Made by a program: the position numbers and the translations under genes
Notes under the pieces: generated by a model
The model's input: the letters and a program-made list of their open reading frames with translations, nothing else
Database searches by the model: none
What the model was told of the DNA's origin: nothing
Part shown: positions 8,458-18,416 of the stretch, in pieces
Numbering within the stretch: the stretch's first letter is position 1
How the letters are laid out: the number at the start of each line of letters is the position of its first letter
Source of the DNA: Escherichia phage PC2
DNA: 45,201 nt
Direction: 5' to 3' (one strand)
Sequence record: NC_073088

Positions 8458-10884
8458 TTATGCTTTAGACAGCGCCGCTACGGCAGCTTTCAATTCCTCC
8501 AGTTCACTACGCAACGACACCAGTTCTTCTTCCTGCTCTTTGCACACCTGCACTGCATAAGCGGCAATAGCGCCATAGTCGACCTGAAAGAAGCGCTGAC
8601 GACCCACCAGCTCCTCTCCGTCTTGCGTTGGCCCTGCGAGGTATTCGTGGTCCTCAAACGTGCTCACTGCTTCCGGCACAACGTCCATTACTTCCTGCGC
8701 AATAACCCCGGCGTAAGGCATACCGTCTTTTTTCAGGGTGTAGGTGTAACCGCCCATCTTAGCAAGGCCCGCGCGAGCGTTCTCGATCGGCTTGATGTTG
8801 TCCTTCAACTCGCGGTCCGATGACTGGTTTACCGTCGTGCAGTTTACCGTCCCGTTAACGCTCATCTGGCGCGTGCCGTTGCTGTTATACTGGGCGTAAA
8901 AAAGCCACCCCGGACCATCGTCAAGCCCAAACTCAATAACCGACGGGCGACCTGCCCCGTTACCCCACAATTTGAAGGTTGCTGGGTGTGACGAGTTGCC
9001 GTCGTTCTGCATTTTGAAATACTTGCCACTCGGACGGTTGATCTCTAAACTTGCGGCCTGAACGTATGCTTTACCCGCAAAATTCTTTGTACCAAGCACA
9101 ACGCCGTCCTTGATCAGCTCAACCTTACACGATGTAATATCGTTCAGGAATAAGGCGTTCGTCCCAGTGTCTTTCCCTAAAAACCAAAGACGTGTGCCTG
9201 CGGAGTTGTACCCTGTTACGTGCAGTGGTTGGTCGTTTGTTGACGCTGTTCCGTCGATACGAAATCCGCCATTAGCGGTTATAACTTTAATGCTGGGTAC
9301 GGTCATAGCAAATGTGCCGCTGGCTGCAAGCCCGTTATACGCGATCAGATTGTTGTCATACGCCAGTTCGCCGTTGTCACGAAGTTGAAAGTATTTATTA
9401 GATGCCGAGTTGTGAACAAATACATCTTTGGCGCCAGGTTTAATAGTTATGATCTTTCCGTCAACGGAAGCGCGCACCGCAGATCCAGTAATTACTCCAG
9501 AAAAAGTCGGCGACGACCCTGCGTTATACAACTCGTACCACTGCGACCATATTCCAGTAGCCGCGTTGTCTAGCCATCGAATCCAGCGCCGCCCGTTGCG
9601 GTATAATGTGTACGTCTGTACGCAACTCTTCGGGTCGTTAGCGCCAGTGCGCTGAACAAGTAGGCAACCTGCTTCCTGAAAGGGATAATTACGCTCCGGC
9701 GTTGCGTTGGCACTCAGGCCAGTATAATAAAATCCGGCCTTATCACCCTGAAGGTCGTTAAGGTCTTCGCTTACCAACGTTGCCCGGCGCTCGTGCATTG
9801 CCTGAAGATTGGCGCGCGCGCCCTGGTCGTTTGACGCACCTGTCCCACCGTCTCCGATCGCCACGTCCCCATTTGACCCCAGCTTCGCAAGCTCAATAGC
9901 GCTAACCCTTCCAGACGATCCGTTAATCGCGGCATTGTTTCCCGAGAAAACTTTAACGCGCGAGGTTTGCCAGTCAACGTTGATTGCAAAGAATGTATCC
10001 CCCGCGCCGCCACATACACCGGGTCCGTATCTGAAAGGGGTCATCTCACCGGCTTGGAACTGCGAAATATCATCAACGCGCCAAAAACCGCCTTTGACCG
10101 CATCGCGCAACCGCTTTAGCATATCCCTCACGCCAGTCGGAGCGTTTACGGTGACGCCCGCATACGGCACTTTCTGCGAGGCGTCCGCGCTGTTCGCAAA
10201 GCCTTCTGCCTCGTCGCGGAATCCTTTTGCCTGATCTTTAGCAGTTACGGCCTGCGACTTAGCAGTTACGGCCTGCGACTTAGCTGTCTCCGCGGCAGTC
10301 TTTGCGGACTCGGCTGCCGTCTTAGCTGTCTCGGCTTTGCCCTGTGCGGCCTCCGCCGCTGTTTTAGCTGTATTCGCGGTGTTCTTGAATCCTTCCGCCT
10401 CGTTACGGAAGCCTTGCGCCTGGTTTTTAGCCGTGATGGTCTGGTCTGCGATAGCCTGCAATTCAACCGGGTCTACATCTTTAAGCAGTTTAGACAGGTA
10501 GCCCCACGACATGCCCTGCACTACTTGACCGTTCGGCAGCGTGACCGAGATTTCCTCTTCTTCTCCGAAGATTGCGCGCCAGTTGTTCTCATCTGCGATC
10601 ATCAATCGCAGCGCTTTTTGCGCCTGGACGGTTACGCCCATCGTCGCCAGCGACATGGTATCGCGCTTAACGCCATCCCACGCAAGGCCGGTTGCCGTTG
10701 GGCCGTCGAACGGCAACACCAGCGTGAGCGCGGTTGCGCTTTCAATGGACGCGATCGCTACGGTGTAGGGGACTTGTCCTACCACCAGCGTTAAGAAGTC
10801 ACCAGCTTTAAACGCGGTAAACGTTGTGCCTACCCCTACAACCGCCTTGCTGTTATTCGTTACGGATAGAGTACCCGCTGCCAT
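8458..10884 (-). CDS. Tail fibre protein with C-terminal intramolecular-chaperone (endosialidase-chaperone-like) domain
   Basis: 808 aa; Ala/Lys/Thr heptad repeats in the shaft; C-terminus ...SSDRELKDNIKPIENA...GGYTYTLKK...GVIAQEV...; last gene of the tail operon; RBS GAGGA. Confidence 0.8.
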   Translation of the reverse strand: MAAGTLSVTNNSKAVVGVGTTFTAFKAGDFLTLVVGQVPYTVAIASIESATALTLVLPFDGPTATGLAWDGVKRDTMSLATMGVTVQAQKALRLMIADENNWRAIFGEEEEISVTLPNGQVVQGMSWGYLSKLLKDVDPVELQAIADQTITAKNQAQGFRNEAEGFKNTANTAKTAAEAAQGKAETAKTAAESAKTAAETAKSQAVTAKSQAVTAKDQAKGFRDEAEGFANSADASQKVPYAGVTVNAPTGVRDMLKRLRDAVKGGFWRVDDISQFQAGEMTPFRYGPGVCGGAGDTFFAINVDWQTSRVKVFSGNNAAINGSSGRVSAIELAKLGSNGDVAIGDGGTGASNDQGARANLQAMHERRATLVSEDLNDLQGDKAGFYYTGLSANATPERNYPFQEAGCLLVQRTGANDPKSCVQTYTLYRNGRRWIRWLDNAATGIWSQWYELYNAGSSPTFSGVITGSAVRASVDGKIITIKPGAKDVFVHNSASNKYFQLRDNGELAYDNNLIAYNGLAASGTFAMTVPSIKVITANGGFRIDGTASTNDQPLHVTGYNSAGTRLWFLGKDTGTNALFLNDITSCKVELIKDGVVLGTKNFAGKAYVQAASLEINRPSGKYFKMQNDGNSSHPATFKLWGNGAGRPSVIEFGLDDGPGWLFYAQYNSNGTRQMSVNGTVNCTTVNQSSDRELKDNIKPIENARAGLAKMGGYTYTLKKDGMPYAGVIAQEVMDVVPEAVSTFEDHEYLAGPTQDGEELVGRQRFFQVDYGAIAAYAVQVCKEQEEELVSLRSELEELKAAVAALSKA
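10240..10281. repeat. Perfect 21-bp tandem duplication inside the tail fibre gene
   Basis: AGCAGTTACGGCCTGCGACTT twice in tandem, encoding KSQAVTA twice; within a longer 21-nt periodic region (about 10225-10390). Confidence 0.8.
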
Positions 10885-10904
10885 AGCTAAATCCTCGTAA
10901 TTGG

Positions 10905-10932
10905 TTGCATTCCTGGTTGAGCGGTGTAATAC
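10905..10932 (+). promoter_or_regulatory. Candidate promoter (TTGCAT-N16-TAATAC) for the lipoprotein cassette
   Basis: Preceded by TTGGTTGCAT (10901-10910). Confidence 0.45.
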
Positions 10933-10963
10933 TAAAACTCAACCAAATATAGGGGATGATACC

Positions 10964-11185
10964 ATGAAAACTTTAATTATGATTTGTGCGGTTCTTTTGT
11001 CCGGTTGCGCCGTAGAACGCAACAACGGCGATTGCGTTACGGTTGCTTACGGTAGCTGCATGTTGCGCTACGTTGACGGGCAAAAAGTCCCGGCAGGAGA
11101 TGTAGACATGCGATTCACTGGGCTGTCATCCGATAGCGACGGCAACTTCTCAGGCACAGTATCAGTTAAATCACGGGAGTGGTAA
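10964..11185 (+). CDS. Small lipoprotein (candidate superinfection-exclusion, Cor/Llp-like)
   Basis: 73 aa; signal peptide with lipobox LLSGC; opposite strand to the tail genes, between tail fibre and J; own promoter at 10905-10932. Confidence 0.6.
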   Translation: MKTLIMICAVLLSGCAVERNNGDCVTVAYGSCMLRYVDGQKVPAGDVDMRFTGLSSDSDGNFSGTVSVKSREW

Positions 11186-11187
11186 TA

Positions 11188-12153
11188 ATGGGCGCTGGAA
11201 TACTTATCGACTATAACGACGGCAGGCCGGTAATGGAGATAACCGCGGGACTCCGCGCTCCGTCATACTGCACCAGCTTTAACCAGCGGGCACAGTCCAA
11301 CAAGACGCTAACCATTAACACCCCGCTTACGGAGGGGTCACAGGTCGTCGTCGCGCTCACTCGCCCGGTAGAGGTGATTGAAGTGTTCGACCAGACCCTG
11401 GTAATACCTGATCCGTTTTACGTTACGTCGGTTACTCGCAACGGTAATAGTGGTATCACCCTGCGCGGGGATGATGCGTATGGCGCGTACTCAGGTTTAC
11501 CACAATGGGCGGGCGTAATAATGGAAGTGCTGCCGGTTGGGTCGCGCAACGCGGGCTTGCTGGTGGCGAACTCGACTGACTTCACGGCAATATCCAACGT
11601 GGCAAAGCTGATGACCTGCCGATACGCGAAGCGTGTGCGCGTCAACGGGAGTATGACCTTGCCAGTTAGCGGTGTCCCGTTCGCCCGCTGGGATGACGGC
11701 AATGTATCAGTAGGCTTCGATGGCGGCAGTATTATCGTCCGCAACGCGTCCTATGGTGGTATCGACGATGTGGCGGCTTCGGTGGACATGGACCTTGTAA
11801 TATTCAACAACACGCCACCCACTCCGGGGGCGGGTATCACCATGACGAACAACCAGAATCAGGTCACGTTCTCGACCGTGAACAAGCCGTTCGTATATGA
11901 CCGCACTATTAACCTCGGAACGGGCGACCAGAATATTGGAAACAGCCTGATCCAGCTTTCATACACCGGCGCGCTGATTCAGAACAACGGAGGCTATAAC
12001 CACGTCCGCATGAACGGTATTCGCATGGCGGGTAATAATGTGCGTGTTGCCAAAAACCGCGTCATCGGCAACTACTCGCGGCAGCAATTCCAGATGCCAG
12101 GTAAAAATATTGCAGTACCAACACCGCTACTCGTCATCCCGAATATGTATTGA
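11188..12153 (+). CDS. Beta-rich, Asn/Gly/Thr-rich protein of unknown function (candidate receptor-binding or exclusion-associated protein)
   Basis: 321 aa; start ATG after GGGAG RBS, 2 nt after the lipoprotein stop; fibre-like composition; followed by a GGGGCC hairpin. Confidence 0.5.
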   Translation: MGAGILIDYNDGRPVMEITAGLRAPSYCTSFNQRAQSNKTLTINTPLTEGSQVVVALTRPVEVIEVFDQTLVIPDPFYVTSVTRNGNSGITLRGDDAYGAYSGLPQWAGVIMEVLPVGSRNAGLLVANSTDFTAISNVAKLMTCRYAKRVRVNGSMTLPVSGVPFARWDDGNVSVGFDGGSIIVRNASYGGIDDVAASVDMDLVIFNNTPPTPGAGITMTNNQNQVTFSTVNKPFVYDRTINLGTGDQNIGNSLIQLSYTGALIQNNGGYNHVRMNGIRMAGNNVRVAKNRVIGNYSRQQFQMPGKNIAVPTPLLVIPNMY

Positions 12154-12157
12154 AAAT

Positions 12158-12173
12158 GGGGCCAGATGGCCCC
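12158..12173. terminator. Hairpin (GGGGCC-AGAT-GGCCCC) between convergent genes, weak U-tracts
   Basis: Between ORF 11188-12153 (+) and the J-like gene (-). Confidence 0.5.
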
Positions 12174-12180
12174 ATCGCAT

Positions 12181-15100
12181 TTACCACGTCCCGACTTTCA
12201 CCCTTCCCCCGCCAGGTAACGGCACGTTTACTCCTGTCTCGTCAATCGTCACGGTCCCACCAGAGAATCCGAAGTTACCGGATGTGGCGTACAGGTTGCC
12301 GCGGACCGTTACCTCGTTAAACTCCGCAGCGCCGCCTTTCTGGATACGCCAGCCGCGTGACCCGGAAGCGAAGTTATTTGATTGAAGCGTGTCCGTGATC
12401 TGTGCAAAGTTGATTGACGCATCCTTGATGCGTGCCGTGTCGATGTACACCTGCCCGCCGTCAACGATAAACGCGGACGAAAGCGACCCATTAGATGGGT
12501 GCATGATATAGAACTGGTCTGCTTTGAACGCAATACGCGATTTAACTGCGTTGCCAGACGTCACAACTGAAAGCTGCATACCGGCGTCATAGTAAGTCCC
12601 ATTATACGTCACGCCAGCCTTAAGACTGTACGTGGCGCTGCCACCCGCATGGTTAAACGAAGACGTCATCTTCTGCTCGATCGCGGCGGACTGCTGACCG
12701 AACTGCGCCGCGACCTGGGTCTTATACTCCGCCAGCGCGCCAGCCACGTCCGCCGTTGCCGTTTGTACCTGCTGGATGGCTGCTTCCTGTTCCGAAAACT
12801 TAGCGGCAACAGTTTGCTGGTACTGGGCGAACGCTTGTTCATGTGTGCTTTGCGCAGTCTGCAACGTGTGGATTGATGCTTCGGCGTCATCCAGGCGCGT
12901 GCCGATCAACGTTTCCAGTTGCGCTACGGCTTTATGCGCGTCCGCCGCCACGTTATACGCCACCGTGATTTCCGCGTAAATCCCTTTATACTCGGCGCGG
13001 GCATTGAATAGCTGCTGGGCGTCCGTAAGCATAGACTCATAGATACCTTGCGGGATCGTGTTAATAGCTTCCTGGAAGTGTTTACCATCCTCGGAAGTCA
13101 AGAACTCGTTATCAAGCCCCTTCATGTACTCGTCAACTTTGTCGCTCACCTGCCCTTCAAACGGGGCCGACCAGTCCGACAGGTTGCCAATTTTATCCGC
13201 TACACGGGCGCGCAACTGCTGATAGATCCCGAACTCCAGTGACGTTTGCGCATACTCCGCCCCCGGGTATGGGACGTTGGACAGGAATTTCCATTCCGTC
13301 TCACCCGTCTTGCGCACTTCAAGCTCGGTGTAAGAGATATCCGTCGCGGCGTTGTTGTGGTTCCACTTCCACAAAATTTGGTGGAGGCCCGAAATCGCGT
13401 TGGTGATGATAGGCGCGTTAAGTCCGCCGAGACGACCTTCGATCGGCGTGATGGCAGACGACACCCACGGGGATGAAATCTCGCCCATACCGATTGCGCG
13501 GACGCGTGCCTGGTAGTTACCGGAGAACACGTTAGGGATGTGCGCGCCGTTCGATGCCGTGTGGGGGATGTTCACCCAGTCGTTACCCCACTGGATTTCC
13601 ATATTCTGCAAGCTGGTACGTCGCCACTGGATTTCATACACCACGGCATCCTTCACCGGCGGGAATACAATATCAACGTTGGTGATTAGCTGGCCTTGCG
13701 ATGAAATCTGCGACGGGGTGATGGTCACGGACTCCGGCCCCTTCATTACGCCGTCAGGCACTTGAGTAAAGATGCCCGGATCAAGGCGAGCGCCATTATC
13801 AACGGCATCATATTTGCTATCGTTGTACTCGATCCCGCGCACTGAAAAAGTGCTGGTAGAGTCGTCATATTCCAGGTCGGTGATGCGGAACTTCTGCAAC
13901 TGGATATCGTTGCCATCGACGCAAAACGGCTGATCAGGAATCGGGTCGGCATCCAGTGCGGTTTTTAGAGTGACCTTGTTGCCGTTGACGCTGGCGATCT
14001 CGCGGGTCTCCACATTACCGCTATCGGTGCGCACCAGGAACTTATCGCCTTGGCGGAACGTGATTTCGCTGTCCGTGTTCAGCACGGTACGCGTTCCAGG
14101 GTCTGACAACAGGCGACCGCCGCGAGTCTCGAATCCACCAGAAATATTAGTATCCGCGATCGCGACTACGCTACCGGGGATAAAGAATAACCCCTCCATG
14201 CCAACCTTAAAACTAACTTGCTGGTCAAGCTGGTTTGAGATTAGCGCCCAGTGCCCCCGGCGTTGCGCTTCTGACTCTCGCGTACAGCCGATCGCCGTAA
14301 TATCAAGACGGTTAATCTTATGGCGGCGCACCAGTTCGACGCGCTGGCCCGTTGCGATGGCGTCATCGTAGTGGTTTTTCGGATTGCCGTATGCTACCGC
14401 GAATGTGGAATAGCGAGTTTTCTGGCTGCCAGATGCGTAGTCGAATCGCCCATCAATAACAGATGCGTTGGTGATAGTGTGCGACACTGCTGCGACCGGT
14501 TGGTCACTGACAATATTCAACATCTGGTTTCCCCACCAGGTCATTCCGGCGAAGATGGCGGCTAAATCCTTAAGCACGGTCCAGGCATCCGTCTGTGACT
14601 GAATGTACATATCATTCTTAAAGCGGATTTCTCGACCACCGTTGCCGTCGCTGACCAACTGATCGCAGCGCTGCGCAATCTGGTAGAGCGCGTATCGGTT
14701 TAGCATTTGCGGTTTGATACGCCGACCGAGGCCGAAGCGCTCAGTAATACAAATATCGTACCAGTGCCACGCAGGGTTATCCGTCCATGCGCGTTTAAAC
14801 GTGCCGTCCCAGTCCCCGGAATAGGTATGATTGATCGGGTCGTAGTTGTTCGGTATTAGAACTTTGCGACCTTTGCACTTAATGGACACGCGCGGGATGT
14901 TCTGGAACGCTTTAGCGTCGAACTCCACAAACAACAGCGCGGTTAGCGGGTAACGCAGGCGGGCGTCGATAATCTCAGTGATGGATTGCACCCGGATATC
15001 ATTAACCACTTTCGCCGATGTGGAGTCTGCCGTTATGCGGTGCACCTCCACTCGCCAGCCGGTGTTCACGTTCGGCGGTAATTCGATGCGGTGGTCGCGC

Positions 15101-15627
15101 TCATATAGCGACATTGTTTTACCAACGGCGGCGAATCTGAACTCACGCGGGTCGGCGTTATCCGTATACACAACGATCTTATAGTCGATGCGCCCGCCCA
15201 CCAGGTCGCCGTTATCTTCGTTAGTGTACAGGGCCGGAATGCCGATGCGAATGCGAACGGCGTCCAGACTGGTATCGTTAATCTGGCGCACCCACGGCGT
15301 GCCGTTTTCCAGTTTTACGCCGACAGATTGCTCACTTTCCACCGCTGAAAATCCGTGGATCACATCCTGGTGCTGTGTTCCTGGGCGGAACTCCACACGC
15401 GCCCCAGGGAAGTTTTCAGACAGGTCTGCATTCTGGATCGGTGTTCCGTCCAGATATACGCGCCGCCGTAATTCGTTAGGGTCTGGAATACCTTCGAACT
15501 CACCTTCTCCCAGCGCAAGCAAGATGCGGATTTTAGCCAGAGAATGCAGGCTATCGGGTGTCTCCTGTGGGGTGTGCTGTTTGCCACCGCCGCCTTTATG
15601 ACCCGTGACGTCGTAAATAATCGTCAT
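12181..15627 (-). CDS. Tail tip / central tail fibre protein, lambda J-like
   Basis: 1148 aa; N-terminus ...GGGGKQHTPQETPDSLHSLAKIRILLALGEGEFEG resembles the lambda J N-terminus; follows I-K-L-M. Confidence 0.9.
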   Translation of the reverse strand: MTIIYDVTGHKGGGGKQHTPQETPDSLHSLAKIRILLALGEGEFEGIPDPNELRRRVYLDGTPIQNADLSENFPGARVEFRPGTQHQDVIHGFSAVESEQSVGVKLENGTPWVRQINDTSLDAVRIRIGIPALYTNEDNGDLVGGRIDYKIVVYTDNADPREFRFAAVGKTMSLYERDHRIELPPNVNTGWRVEVHRITADSTSAKVVNDIRVQSITEIIDARLRYPLTALLFVEFDAKAFQNIPRVSIKCKGRKVLIPNNYDPINHTYSGDWDGTFKRAWTDNPAWHWYDICITERFGLGRRIKPQMLNRYALYQIAQRCDQLVSDGNGGREIRFKNDMYIQSQTDAWTVLKDLAAIFAGMTWWGNQMLNIVSDQPVAAVSHTITNASVIDGRFDYASGSQKTRYSTFAVAYGNPKNHYDDAIATGQRVELVRRHKINRLDITAIGCTRESEAQRRGHWALISNQLDQQVSFKVGMEGLFFIPGSVVAIADTNISGGFETRGGRLLSDPGTRTVLNTDSEITFRQGDKFLVRTDSGNVETREIASVNGNKVTLKTALDADPIPDQPFCVDGNDIQLQKFRITDLEYDDSTSTFSVRGIEYNDSKYDAVDNGARLDPGIFTQVPDGVMKGPESVTITPSQISSQGQLITNVDIVFPPVKDAVVYEIQWRRTSLQNMEIQWGNDWVNIPHTASNGAHIPNVFSGNYQARVRAIGMGEISSPWVSSAITPIEGRLGGLNAPIITNAISGLHQILWKWNHNNAATDISYTELEVRKTGETEWKFLSNVPYPGAEYAQTSLEFGIYQQLRARVADKIGNLSDWSAPFEGQVSDKVDEYMKGLDNEFLTSEDGKHFQEAINTIPQGIYESMLTDAQQLFNARAEYKGIYAEITVAYNVAADAHKAVAQLETLIGTRLDDAEASIHTLQTAQSTHEQAFAQYQQTVAAKFSEQEAAIQQVQTATADVAGALAEYKTQVAAQFGQQSAAIEQKMTSSFNHAGGSATYSLKAGVTYNGTYYDAGMQLSVVTSGNAVKSRIAFKADQFYIMHPSNGSLSSAFIVDGGQVYIDTARIKDASINFAQITDTLQSNNFASGSRGWRIQKGGAAEFNEVTVRGNLYATSGNFGFSGGTVTIDETGVNVPLPGGGRVKVGTW

Positions 15628-16241
15628 TCGTTCAAATCCTCGGTTACGATTCCAGCTGAAATAATAGCGCCGCCGATCTCACGCTCGCCCCATAATACAC
15701 CAAGCGCCGTACCTTGCGCGGTCGTGTTTACCGGACCACCGAACGCATACGAAGCCTTGTTATCCACGTCCTGCCGTGTCTGCAATCCTTTCGGTTGAGG
15801 CGACAGCAATTGCATAACGCCACCCAGCGCCATCGACATGCCGAACGAAAACGTCGCTGTACCAATAGCGGCAGCGGTTGCAGCCGAAGCCCCGAAAGCG
15901 GCAGTAGCAAGTCCGCCCGTATAGAACGACGCCACTACGATCGCAACACCCGCCAGCAATTGGCCCAATCCTCTTTTTGCGCCAGTCATAACCGGCGCGA
16001 TGGTAACGACGCGGTTGCCGTGGAACTCGCCAAGCTCATCATAACCGGTCATTGTGTGGTTGCCTTTGCGCACCTTGAACATCATGTTGTCCAGGTGGGC
16101 GGACATTAAAAAGTCTTGTAACCCTGGCAACTTTACACACAAGCCGGTGATTCCTTCGCCCGGTGTGAAGCAGTCCAGCTTATGCACTTTACCGAATCGA
16201 CGCCCTAAGACGCCGTACAATTTAAACGTTGTCATTGCCAT
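15624..16241 (-). CDS. Tail assembly protein, lambda I-like
   Basis: Position between K and J; ATGA overlap with J. Confidence 0.65.
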   Translation of the reverse strand: MAMTTFKLYGVLGRRFGKVHKLDCFTPGEGITGLCVKLPGLQDFLMSAHLDNMMFKVRKGNHTMTGYDELGEFHGNRVVTIAPVMTGAKRGLGQLLAGVAIVVASFYTGGLATAAFGASAATAAAIGTATFSFGMSMALGGVMQLLSPQPKGLQTRQDVDNKASYAFGGPVNTTAQGTALGVLWGEREIGGAIISAGIVTEDLNE

Positions 16242-16972
16242 TCTGTGATATTCCCCGGTAGGTCTTTATGACGGACCCATTTAACCACATTGTCGCGGAA
16301 AAATCCTGCCCGGAAGGGGACTACGCTCGACAGACTGCCGTAGATATGGTGTAGTAGTTGGTTGCCCGGAAGGAATATCCCAGCGTGGTTAGGTACTGGC
16401 GCGCTAATCTGCATGATGACCATTGCCCCCGGCGTATTCTCCTCGCATTCCCTGAAGCCAGCACCGTACCAATTATCCATATACAGATTTTCGCCTGTCT
16501 CCCACCAGTTATACGGCACGCGGAAGTCTGGAAGGTTTACACCCTGCTTTTTATGCCAGTCCATGACGAGGCCGTAACAATCCGTAATTCCGAGAACAAA
16601 TCTACGCCCCACCAGCGGAGGGTCTTCAGGGTCGATCTCGATAAAATCGCCATATTCGTTAGTGATGGTCCAGACTACGCCGCTGCCGTTGCATCCGTTA
16701 ACGTCGCCAAGTGAGGGGGTAAGCTCTCGCTGGCCCGGATGCGAGTGGACTACGCGCACGACGTCGCCCATATCCTCGGCATCCATCCAGGCCATATCAC
16801 TAATCGTAAAAGCGTCTTTGCGTGAGCGCACGCCGGTCGGGTCTTCGAATACGTTCAGACATGGGACGAACACTTGCTTACGACCCACCATGACAACCAG
16901 GCCACAGGCTTCTTCCGGCAGACAGGCCGCGACGTGTGCGGCGATATCGCTTTTAACCTTCTTCGTTAACAT
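16232..16972 (-). CDS. Tail assembly protein, lambda K-like (MPN/JAMM plus NlpC/P60 domains)
   Basis: HSHPG metalloprotease motif and DCYGLV Cys motif; synteny. Confidence 0.85.
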   Translation of the reverse strand: MLTKKVKSDIAAHVAACLPEEACGLVVMVGRKQVFVPCLNVFEDPTGVRSRKDAFTISDMAWMDAEDMGDVVRVVHSHPGQRELTPSLGDVNGCNGSGVVWTITNEYGDFIEIDPEDPPLVGRRFVLGITDCYGLVMDWHKKQGVNLPDFRVPYNWWETGENLYMDNWYGAGFRECEENTPGAMVIMQISAPVPNHAGIFLPGNQLLHHIYGSLSSVVPFRAGFFRDNVVKWVRHKDLPGNITEWQ

Positions 16973-16974
16973 AA

Positions 16975-17763
16975 CTACCCCTTAATTAATCTGGACCCCG
17001 GAAAGCCGCCGAAGTCCAGCACCGCCGCTTTAGGGTCCGCAAGCCCTTGCCCGAATCGAAGATAACAGTCGGACAAACAGCCGCCGCATCGGTCCATGTT
17101 CATCGCGATGACTTCATTACCTCGCTCGTCGTAATACTTGATACCAGGCTTCGCAAGGTTCCAGGTGCACCCGTCCCCGCTGGCGTACTTCCCGTTGAGC
17201 GCCCATTCGCACATATTCATGATTTGGCGACGTGGTACGACCTGCCCTTCCATATCCGCAGGTGAGGATAGTGCGAAGGTGATTTGCTTGCCCGGATTGC
17301 GCCCGACCTGCGAGTCGATGTAATACTCCTGAACTCGTTTCTGCGTCGGGTCTGGATCTGTCCCGTTGTCCAGGAACTTCGCGAACGTATCAATGATCTC
17401 AACCTTCGCGCCAAGTAGCTGGTCGTGATTCAGCGACAGCCGGGTGATTATGCCGCCAATATCGACGATTGTTAGTTGCGGTTCTGCCGCCGTCGATGTG
17501 GAGAAGTTAAGGCCGGACAAATCGAAGGGCCAAAATTCGAACTCCTGCCCGCCGAAGAAGATTGATTTAGGTTTTAGCTTATCCTCGTCACCTCCGGCGG
17601 CAGCAATATCCTCGGCAGTGTGCGGAATAAAGCAGTAGTGGAAGTAGTGATGGCCCGCGCCGATCGCACCGTCGCCTGGTTCCACGTCCTGCGCGTCAAT
17701 GTGAATCAGGCGAACGCGACCCGATGGGTCAAAGCGCGTCGCCTCGCGATAAAGTTTATTCAT
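16975..17763 (-). CDS. Minor tail protein, lambda L-like
   Basis: C-terminal Cys cluster (C...C...CGGC...C) as in lambda gpL; synteny. Confidence 0.8.
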   Translation of the reverse strand: MNKLYREATRFDPSGRVRLIHIDAQDVEPGDGAIGAGHHYFHYCFIPHTAEDIAAAGGDEDKLKPKSIFFGGQEFEFWPFDLSGLNFSTSTAAEPQLTIVDIGGIITRLSLNHDQLLGAKVEIIDTFAKFLDNGTDPDPTQKRVQEYYIDSQVGRNPGKQITFALSSPADMEGQVVPRRQIMNMCEWALNGKYASGDGCTWNLAKPGIKYYDERGNEVIAMNMDRCGGCLSDCYLRFGQGLADPKAAVLDFGGFPGSRLIKG

Positions 17764-18416
17764 CTTACGAATCCAATAGCAGTCTTAAGGGTGGCGGATA
17801 CGGTTGCCGTGAGGTGTCCGTTGTCCGTGTACGACAAGCTCGAACGCTCGACCACGAATAAACCTGTTTCGCCATCCGGCGCGGTGACGACAAACGGCTT
17901 GACGAAGTGCCCGCGAAGGAAGTTGTAAACCAGTTTAGGGTTGCACCACTTGTCAGTAGTCAGTCCTATGAATTGCACGGGGAACTGTTTAGTTTCGGCG
18001 TTCGGGCCGTCCGCGATGTTCTGCCCGTAGCCATTACCGAATTGCAATTCCTCGGACCGGAAAGCTAACTGCACGTCGCCACCGCCCTGCAATTGCATGT
18101 GCCAGTAATAGGGCCATTCGTTTGATCGCGGGTCGTGTGCTTCGATTAGCTCATATGCCGCACCGGATTTCGTTGGCCCAGCCCAGTTATCTTTCAGGGT
18201 AATGACCGTGTTAGAGTTGAATGCCGCAATTTTGCCGGTGTAGTCGTTGCCGTCGATGCGGGCGAATACGAGTACCTTCCCGATCTCGCTAAGGAACGCC
18301 GTTCCCGCGCCAGTGACGGTCTTACTTCCTTTCGTTAGTGTGATTGTACCTTGTGACATAAAAAGCCCCCACGTTGTAGTGAGGGCCATTTTATCATCGT
18401 TTGTAAAGTACACCAC
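17760..18416 (-). CDS. Minor tail protein, lambda M-like
   Basis: Position directly after the tape-measure gene; overlaps it by 23 nt. Confidence 0.7.
   Translation of the reverse strand: MVYFTNDDKMALTTTWGLFMSQGTITLTKGSKTVTGAGTAFLSEIGKVLVFARIDGNDYTGKIAAFNSNTVITLKDNWAGPTKSGAAYELIEAHDPRSNEWPYYWHMQLQGGGDVQLAFRSEELQFGNGYGQNIADGPNAETKQFPVQFIGLTTDKWCNPKLVYNFLRGHFVKPFVVTAPDGETGLFVVERSSLSYTDNGHLTATVSATLKTAIGFVR

Noticed and set aside
8359-8823. 154-aa plus-strand ORF and other plus-strand ORFs across the tail fibre, J and tape-measure genes (for example 9809-10234, 13970-14371, 19444-19968)
   Set aside because: All lie antisense to long, well-supported structural genes and lack RBS and promoter.
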